From positions 44,883 to 108,882 of the IMG/VR virus record IMGVR_UViG_3300025400_000011: a stretch of 64,000 bases of DNA, one strand, 5' to 3'. The stretch comes from a virus. The notes under the pieces were generated by a model that was not told where the DNA came from, searched no databases, and worked only from the letters and a program-made list of their open reading frames with translations. The position numbers were made by a program, and so were the translations under genes. Below, piece by piece: positions 58,590 through 64,000 of this stretch. Position 1 is the stretch's first letter; each line of letters begins with the position of its first letter.

Positions 58590-58666
58590 CCAGCGTGGGG
58601 CGTATTGCATCAAATGCAACACGCTGGGCTATAAAAATTAATCCGCTCAAAGGTTGGAAGTTTTAA
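58577..58666 (+). other. Predicted -1 programmed ribosomal frameshift and 27-codon extension
   Basis: G GGA AAA at 58577-58583 in the correct phase; 6-nt spacer; stem CCAGCGTG/CACGCTGG; -1 frame open to TAA 58664-58666. Confidence 0.7.
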
Positions 58667-58671
58667 TATTC

Positions 58672-58701
58672 AAGAGCTCCAGAAATGGAGCTCTTTTTTT
58701 T
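58672..58701 (+). terminator. Intrinsic terminator (GAAA tetraloop)
   Basis: AAGAGCTCCA-GAAA-TGGAGCTCTT plus T-run. Confidence 0.9.
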
Positions 58702-58752
58702 GGTTATTGCCAAAGAGTGCAATTTGGAAGTGGAGATATTTTATAAAGCCTA

Positions 58753-58760
58753 TATAAATA
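58753..58760 (+). promoter_or_regulatory. Consensus T4 late promoter TATAAATA
   Basis: 7 nt upstream of ATG 58768. Confidence 0.7.
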
Positions 58761-58767
58761 TAGTAGT

Positions 58768-61101
58768 ATGAAACAAATCCTAAAACTAATCGCATTAACT
58801 ATATTGACGTTTGCAGTTAGTACTTCACTTATGGCGGGCGGTGGCTCACCAACAGTTGTTAGTACAACAAACGGCACTCCAATAGTAACCGTAACAACTA
58901 CTCCAGTAGATGTAGTTGCAACTAACGCTTACGGTTTCTCTATTGATAATACATATGTTAATACAACTACCACGACGATCCCTACTACAGTCGCTTTATA
59001 TAGTGATAATAGTTCAGTAACAACAAACGGCTCGCCAGTTGTCACTGTAAACCATGGTACAATACCAGTACAGACTGTCACAACAGGTAATGTCACTACA
59101 ACATCAACAGCACCTCGCACTGTTACATCAACAGCTAATGGTGCTACTATTGCTACAACATATCTTGATACAGTAACAACGATTACACCGAAAACTTGGA
59201 CAACTGTTAACGGTGCAACAACATCTGTAACAGGTAACGCTGTCGTAACTACTACACCAGCAGTAACACCTTCTACAGTTGCTACTACGACTAATGCAGT
59301 AGCTGTAACTACATCAAACGGAACACCTATCGTAACATTAGCTAATTCTTATGCCCCTGTTACTACTACAAGTGGTGGTTCAACTATTGTTACTACTAAC
59401 TTAAATGTATTAACAACTACAACAGTACCAGTTGCTACTACTACAGTAACAACCCCTATGACGGTTATTGCAGATAGTACAGGTAATACTATTAGTACAG
59501 TATACGGTACACCAACATCTAATACAAATGTATCATTTGCAGTTTCAACAGCTAATAGCTCTTCTCTTTATACAGTAGCTACTACATCTAACCAGTCATC
59601 TACAGTTACTAAGAACGGTACTGCGGTAGTTGGTGCTACTATTGCTTATTCAACTGCTAATAGCGTTGATGCAAGTAACAATCCAGTAGTTAAGACTTAT
59701 AAGCTGACAACTACAACAACTACTACTCCAGTAGATACAGCTACAACAGTTACACCTGTTACCGTTACTAAAGATGCTAATGGTAATCTTATTAGCACAT
59801 ATTATGGTGCACCAACAACTACAGACAATGTAGTTAACAATGCAGTTGTTACAACAGCTAATGCTTTATACAGCACAGCTACAACAACCCAGAACGTTGC
59901 TAGTCAAACAGTATTTGGTAACCCAACAACCACATATGCAAGTGTAAATGGTACAGCTGCTTCTACTACTGCTTATTCGCAAGCTAAGGCAAAGTCAGCT
60001 GATGCTAAAGTGTTAAACATCGCTAAGACGACTACAGTTACTACTGTTACACCAGTAACAACTACTGCTACAACAACTACACCTGTTACCAATGTAACTA
60101 CTAATACGGCTGTTACTACTACAGTATATGCTGATGGTACTACACCAACACTAGTTACATATAGTTCACCAGTAGTTACAGAAAATACATCAGTATCGAC
60201 TGCTAAGGTAGTTACCAACTCAACACAAACTGCAGTAACTAATGCAGTAGCTAACTATAGCACTCGTATCGATCAGTATTCATATCTACAGGCTGCAAGT
60301 CGTCGTTATAATATGCTTGTTGATTCTAACCCGTTAGATCGCAACTATGGCGGTACTTGGAATGCTAACAAGAATGACGGTTGGAACTCTTATCTAACAT
60401 ACACCCGTACAAGTAGCAATACAGTTGATACGTATAAGACTTCAAGCAACACATTCACTATTGGTGCTGAGTCGTTTGTAACTGCTGACGTACTATTCGG
60501 TATTAAGTACGATTTCGTTAATGCTAATATTAACGGTGATCAAGCTACTGGTACATTACAAAAGCATCACTTAGGTTTGTATAACTTAACCACGTTCAAC
60601 AATCTATTAGTATTAAAGTCTGATCTTGGTTTTGCTTATGACCGTTTTGCTAATACCCACACATTAGCTGCTCTAAACTATGCTAATGCTGGTAAAGGTA
60701 ACGGTAAAGACATCTGGTTAAATGAGCGTTTATATTCAAAGAGCTACTTTGGTTTTGCTCCTTTTGTCGGTGGTCGCTTTGAAACAAGCTCACTTGATGC
60801 TATTGCTGAAACAGGCGATGCTTATACAGCTCAATCATTTACAGCCACTAAAGTAACACGTGCTGCAGCAGAAGGTGGTTTACGCTTTGACTATCAGTTC
60901 GGTGATGCTTTCAGAGTTATTGCTGAAGGTGGTTACTTAACACCTACTAAGTCAAAAGGTATTGACGGTATTACATCATACAAGCTTAACTTGCAAGCTA
61001 CACCAACAAAGACCATTTCTGGTACTATTGGTGCAGGCCAGCAAAAGCAAGCAACGTTAACTGATACTAACCTAACAGCTGACGTCACATTCAAGTTCTA
61101 A
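58768..61101 (+). CDS. Autotransporter-like outer-membrane protein with Thr-rich passenger
   Basis: Signal peptide; ~480 aa Thr/Val-rich repeats; ~250-aa amphipathic beta-strand C-terminus (PFVGGRF, GGLRFDYQF) ending VTFKF. Confidence 0.75.
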   Translation: MKQILKLIALTILTFAVSTSLMAGGGSPTVVSTTNGTPIVTVTTTPVDVVATNAYGFSIDNTYVNTTTTTIPTTVALYSDNSSVTTNGSPVVTVNHGTIPVQTVTTGNVTTTSTAPRTVTSTANGATIATTYLDTVTTITPKTWTTVNGATTSVTGNAVVTTTPAVTPSTVATTTNAVAVTTSNGTPIVTLANSYAPVTTTSGGSTIVTTNLNVLTTTTVPVATTTVTTPMTVIADSTGNTISTVYGTPTSNTNVSFAVSTANSSSLYTVATTSNQSSTVTKNGTAVVGATIAYSTANSVDASNNPVVKTYKLTTTTTTTPVDTATTVTPVTVTKDANGNLISTYYGAPTTTDNVVNNAVVTTANALYSTATTTQNVASQTVFGNPTTTYASVNGTAASTTAYSQAKAKSADAKVLNIAKTTTVTTVTPVTTTATTTTPVTNVTTNTAVTTTVYADGTTPTLVTYSSPVVTENTSVSTAKVVTNSTQTAVTNAVANYSTRIDQYSYLQAASRRYNMLVDSNPLDRNYGGTWNANKNDGWNSYLTYTRTSSNTVDTYKTSSNTFTIGAESFVTADVLFGIKYDFVNANINGDQATGTLQKHHLGLYNLTTFNNLLVLKSDLGFAYDRFANTHTLAALNYANAGKGNGKDIWLNERLYSKSYFGFAPFVGGRFETSSLDAIAETGDAYTAQSFTATKVTRAAAEGGLRFDYQFGDAFRVIAEGGYLTPTKSKGIDGITSYKLNLQATPTKTISGTIGAGQQKQATLTDTNLTADVTFKF

Positions 61102-61122
61102 TCCAACTTACAGTCATAATCC

Positions 61123-61148
61123 AAGGCCCTAGCAATAGGGCCTTTTTT
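61123..61148 (+). terminator. Intrinsic terminator (GCAA tetraloop)
   Basis: AAGGCCCTA-GCAA-TAGGGCCTT plus T-run. Confidence 0.88.
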
Positions 61149-61162
61149 ATGTAATTAAGTTT

Positions 61163-61840
61163 ATGAATATAGGTTTTTTTGGAGATAGTTTCTGCAATAA
61201 TAAAAGCGAAGGAACCTATATTGATATGTTAGTAAAGCAGTACAGTTTAAATGTAGTTAACTTAGGGGTAGGTGGTAGTGGGGTTGAAGATGTATTACTG
61301 TTACAACTTAAACCTTTTCTCGATTCTAAAAACTATCCAGACATATGTGTGTTCTTTTGGACTAATCACGGTAGACTATTTAATAGATATATAAGACATA
61401 TTAATGCTAAGAGTGTAGAGATGTTTAATGACAGCCCTATATGGCTTGCAGCTAAAGAATACTATAAACATTTATACGATTATGAATATACTGAAATACA
61501 ATATAAAGCTTTTCTACAATATGTAGACCTTAATGTACTATCTCAGTTTCCATCTACTACTAAAATAATACACTTGTGGTCATTTGGATCTTTTCATTGT
61601 GATTTCTCTAAAGAAGCTTTAACACCAGATAAAGTTAACTATTTATATAAGTTTAAAAGCGGTGTTGAGATACAACCAGCTCTATTGCCGTTAAGTTTGG
61701 TCGGTCAAAGCTTTGATATGCTACCAAGGGATACACGGTATAATCATCTTGAGGGTTATAAAAACGAAATAGTAACAAGCTGGATTAAAGAAGCTATTGA
61801 TAAGTATGAAGTAGGCAAACTACTAACTTTTAACTACTAA
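61163..61840 (+). CDS. SGNH-like protein
   Basis: IGFFGDSFC...NLGVGGSG...NHL...N. Confidence 0.6.
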   Translation: MNIGFFGDSFCNNKSEGTYIDMLVKQYSLNVVNLGVGGSGVEDVLLLQLKPFLDSKNYPDICVFFWTNHGRLFNRYIRHINAKSVEMFNDSPIWLAAKEYYKHLYDYEYTEIQYKAFLQYVDLNVLSQFPSTTKIIHLWSFGSFHCDFSKEALTPDKVNYLYKFKSGVEIQPALLPLSLVGQSFDMLPRDTRYNHLEGYKNEIVTSWIKEAIDKYEVGKLLTFNY

Positions 61841-61841
61841 C

Positions 61842-62216
61842 ATGAAGCTTAATATTGCAGTCGAGAATGCAGTAAAGAAATATGCTAATGATATTATCGA
61901 TACTATTAAGCAAGAAAAATACAATGTAGAGGTTGATTTAGATTTTTCTCCAGCAGCAAATTTAAATGAAACAGAAGAAGCCTCCTCTGCCATTATAGTT
62001 TCTGATTTAGGTATTGTAGTGGTGTTTCCAGACTTTAAGAAGTGTTCAGCTAGAGCAGCTGTATTTAAAGTGGGTGAAGCGAAAAGACTTGAGAAGGAAG
62101 GTTTTGATAAAGACTGGATAGAAGAGCACGGTGAGGTTTATGGTGCGTTGTTGCCATACAATGAAAAGAATGTAAATATACTTGGCTATTATTTAACACA
62201 TAAAATATATGATTAA
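61842..62216 (+). CDS. Hypothetical protein
   Basis: 124-aa ORF. Confidence 0.6.
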   Translation: MKLNIAVENAVKKYANDIIDTIKQEKYNVEVDLDFSPAANLNETEEASSAIIVSDLGIVVVFPDFKKCSARAAVFKVGEAKRLEKEGFDKDWIEEHGEVYGALLPYNEKNVNILGYYLTHKIYD

Positions 62217-62325
62217 AAAGATTTACTCCTTCTTTAACAACAAGTACCAAAACTGGAAACTAAAGCGTAAGCATAAAAAGATGCTTGAAGAGATTCGTAA
62301 ACGCGATCCTTTTATTTATAATTAA
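62209..62325 (+). CDS. 38-aa basic peptide ending RKRDPFIYN (not in ORF track)
   Basis: MIKKIYSFFNNKYQNWKLKRKHKKMLEEIRKRDPFIYN; overlaps upstream stop. Confidence 0.6.
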   Translation: MIKKIYSFFNNKYQNWKLKRKHKKMLEEIRKRDPFIYN

Positions 62326-62327
62326 GC

Positions 62328-62355
62328 TTGACTTAAACAAATAAGGCACTACTAT
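62328..62355 (+). promoter_or_regulatory. Sigma70-like promoter TTGACT-N16-TACTAT
   Basis: Shares AGGCACTA with the promoter at 27213. Confidence 0.6.
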
Positions 62356-62361
62356 TGTATT

Positions 62362-62445
62362 ATCTGGACCGGCGATAACGTCAAAGGACTACGACAACTT
62401 GTGGGTCGGCCGACCACCGCAATAAAAACGGGGCCACTATTTTTT
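62362..62445 (+). ncRNA. Candidate structured RNA / leader (element B)
   Basis: GC-rich island; outer stem TGGACCG/CGGGGCCA; palindrome GGTCGGCCGACC; T-run; motifs shared with element A. Confidence 0.45.
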
Positions 62446-62447
62446 AT

Positions 62448-63170
62448 ATGCGTATTGTAAGTATATCTGACACTCATGGTCTTCATGACAAACTCTTATA
62501 CCCAATACCAGAGGGTGATGTGTTAATACACTGCGGAGATATCTGCGGTAAAGGAACTAAAGAAGAAGTAATATGGTTTAGTAAATGGTTTACTAGCCAT
62601 CCACACAAGCACAAGATATTTATAGCTGGTAATCATGACTGGGTTTTTGAAAAAGAACCAGAAACAATAAAAAGTATCTTACAAGAATATATGCCAAACG
62701 TGCATTACTTGCAAGATAGCGAGATAACTATAGACGGGATTAAGTTTTGGGGCTCTCCTGTTCAACCTACTTTTTTTAACTGGGCTTTTAATCGAGATAG
62801 AGGTACAAATATACAACAACACTGGAACCTTATACCAAAAGATATTGATGTACTCATAACGCACGGTCCACCTTATGGTGTATGTGATAAAGCTTTAAAG
62901 CCGGGATTTGTATATAGAGCGTTTCAAAAATATAAAGCTTTTGAAACTGTACATGTAGGGTGTGAAGATTTATTAAAAACGGTTGAGACTGTTAAGCCTA
63001 AACTACATTTGTTTGGGCATATACATTTAAATGGTGGAAGTTACAATAACGCTATGCAGCATACTGTGTTTGCAAACGTGTGTATTATGGATGAAGATTA
63101 TAAGCCTGTAAAGAAACCTCAAGTATTTGAGCTTGATTTAGATAAAAAAGTTACTATTATTAATACTTAA
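62448..63170 (+). CDS. Metallophosphoesterase (MPPED/239FB-like)
   Basis: ISDTH, HCGD, AGNHD, THGPP, GCEDL, FGHIH. Confidence 0.9.
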   Translation: MRIVSISDTHGLHDKLLYPIPEGDVLIHCGDICGKGTKEEVIWFSKWFTSHPHKHKIFIAGNHDWVFEKEPETIKSILQEYMPNVHYLQDSEITIDGIKFWGSPVQPTFFNWAFNRDRGTNIQQHWNLIPKDIDVLITHGPPYGVCDKALKPGFVYRAFQKYKAFETVHVGCEDLLKTVETVKPKLHLFGHIHLNGGSYNNAMQHTVFANVCIMDEDYKPVKKPQVFELDLDKKVTIINT

Positions 63171-63635
63171 ATGTCAAAAAGATTAACTAAAGAATGGACC
63201 TCTACAGCTGAAGGTGCCTATGGTGCTAGTGGTAAAAAGGGCCGTAGCGGAGAACTGTTCTTTGCAGAAGTTTACAGAGCAAAGGGATGGCATGTTATCG
63301 ATAGAGAATCGAACAAGCAAGATCAACTCCAGGGTAATGATATTATATTAATAGATAGTAACGGTAATGATTACACTATTGATGTAAAAAACAATTTAAA
63401 AGATAATGGAAACTTTTATGTAGAGGTGCATCCGAGAGGCTGGCTTTTTAATCCAACTAAAAAAAGTGCGTTTATAAGTCATGTTAATACTGACACCAAA
63501 ACTATTGTTACCTATTTACGCACACAAATGGTTAAATTTATTAAAGAAAAGTATGCTGATTACTCGAATGAACTTTTAAAACTTAATATTAAAGAGTTGA
63601 ATTTTATAAAAATAAATAAAGTAGAACATATATGA
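63171..63635 (+). CDS. Putative PD-(D/E)xK nuclease-fold protein
   Basis: G..GE..F...D...IDVKN...F.VE. Confidence 0.5.
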   Translation: MSKRLTKEWTSTAEGAYGASGKKGRSGELFFAEVYRAKGWHVIDRESNKQDQLQGNDIILIDSNGNDYTIDVKNNLKDNGNFYVEVHPRGWLFNPTKKSAFISHVNTDTKTIVTYLRTQMVKFIKEKYADYSNELLKLNIKELNFIKINKVEHI

Positions 63636-63817
63636 ACGGAAAAGGCGACAAACCAAGACCACTAGCTGTACCTTACTCAAAGTACGCTGATAACTATGAT
63701 CAGATTAACTGGGGTAAAAAACCAGCTAAAGATATAAAAGAACTTAAGAGTAAACCTAGTTCTTCTTTGATTAATCCAAGTAATATTAAAGATGATACAA
63801 GAGATACAGACTCCTAA
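63632..63817 (+). CDS. Small phage-type protein (GKGDKPRP motif)
   Basis: MNGKGDKPRP...YADNYDQINWG. Confidence 0.6.
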   Translation: MNGKGDKPRPLAVPYSKYADNYDQINWGKKPAKDIKELKSKPSSSLINPSNIKDDTRDTDS

Positions 63818-64000
63818 AACTATTGGATTTTTTGGAGATAGTTTTTGTGGGAGTTATGGTAAAGATAAACGGCCTTTTTTTAATGACTTTTTTAAAGCTA
63901 ATCCTTTTTATAAAACTTACCTTCAACAGGTTACTGAACATTATAATTTAGAGTGTGTAAATTTTGGTAAAGGTGGTTCATCTATATGGGATAGTGTATT
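63792..64000 (+). CDS. 3'-truncated SGNH-like protein, paralogue of 61163..61840
   Basis: MIQEIQTPKTIGFFGDSFCG...NFGKGGSSIWDSV, open to window end. Confidence 0.7.
   Translation, partial: MIQEIQTPKTIGFFGDSFCGSYGKDKRPFFNDFFKANPFYKTYLQQVTEHYNLECVNFGKGGSSIWDSV

Noticed and set aside
62365-62436. tRNA (about 72 nt, ends in CCA)
   Set aside because: No T-loop GTTCRA or D-loop consensus and no cloverleaf; kept only as a candidate structured RNA.
2290-62864. Short antisense or nested ORFs (e.g. 2290-2625, 9541-9891, 29984-30487, 36151-36465, 49663-49974, 57807-58160)
   Set aside because: Lie within well-supported genes, with no motifs or promoters of their own.
1-64000. Alternative genetic code (stop-codon reassignment)
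   Set aside because: Standard-code ORFs tile the window densely; TGA ends conserved genes and forms ATGA couplings; no genes look fragmented by TAG or TGA.

Overview
AT-rich, densely coding 64 kb segment that reads as part of a large T4-like/jumbo tailed-phage genome infecting a Gram-negative host. This is inferred from tail-fibre genes with peptidase-S74-type chaperone tails, T4-type late promoters TAA(A/G)TA, many small orphans and auxiliary metabolic genes; no capsid, terminase or polymerase gene is in the window. Layout: ~2-25 kb tail-fibre/baseplate-type structural genes, including a 2185-aa protein with hundreds of Gly-X-Ser triplets; ~25-36 kb small early-type genes, a pyrimidine-dimer glycosylase and candidate structured RNAs; ~30-48 kb and 53-57 kb a glycan/small-molecule modification toolkit (UDP-sugar dehydrogenase, glycosyltransferases, methyltransferases, carbamoyltransferase, three radical SAM paralogues, APS kinase fusion, 2OG-Fe(II) oxygenase, acetyltransferase, SGNH-like proteins); 44.7-52.9 kb a curli-like export module (csgF, csgG, curlin-like beta-solenoid) linked to a FecR protein, a CHASE2 adenylate cyclase and a divergent membrane cNMP-binding protein; 57.5-61.1 kb an Ala/Val/Asp-rich coiled-coil protein ending in a canonical-looking -1 frameshift signal, then a Thr-rich autotransporter-like protein. 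Most notable: the curli/FecR/cAMP module, the -1 frameshift, apparent leaderless translation from late and sigma70-type promoters, -10 boxes enclosed by inverted repeats, and two related candidate ncRNAs. No tRNA, rRNA, CRISPR array or mobile element was recognised. All family calls come from reading motifs by eye, not database searches.
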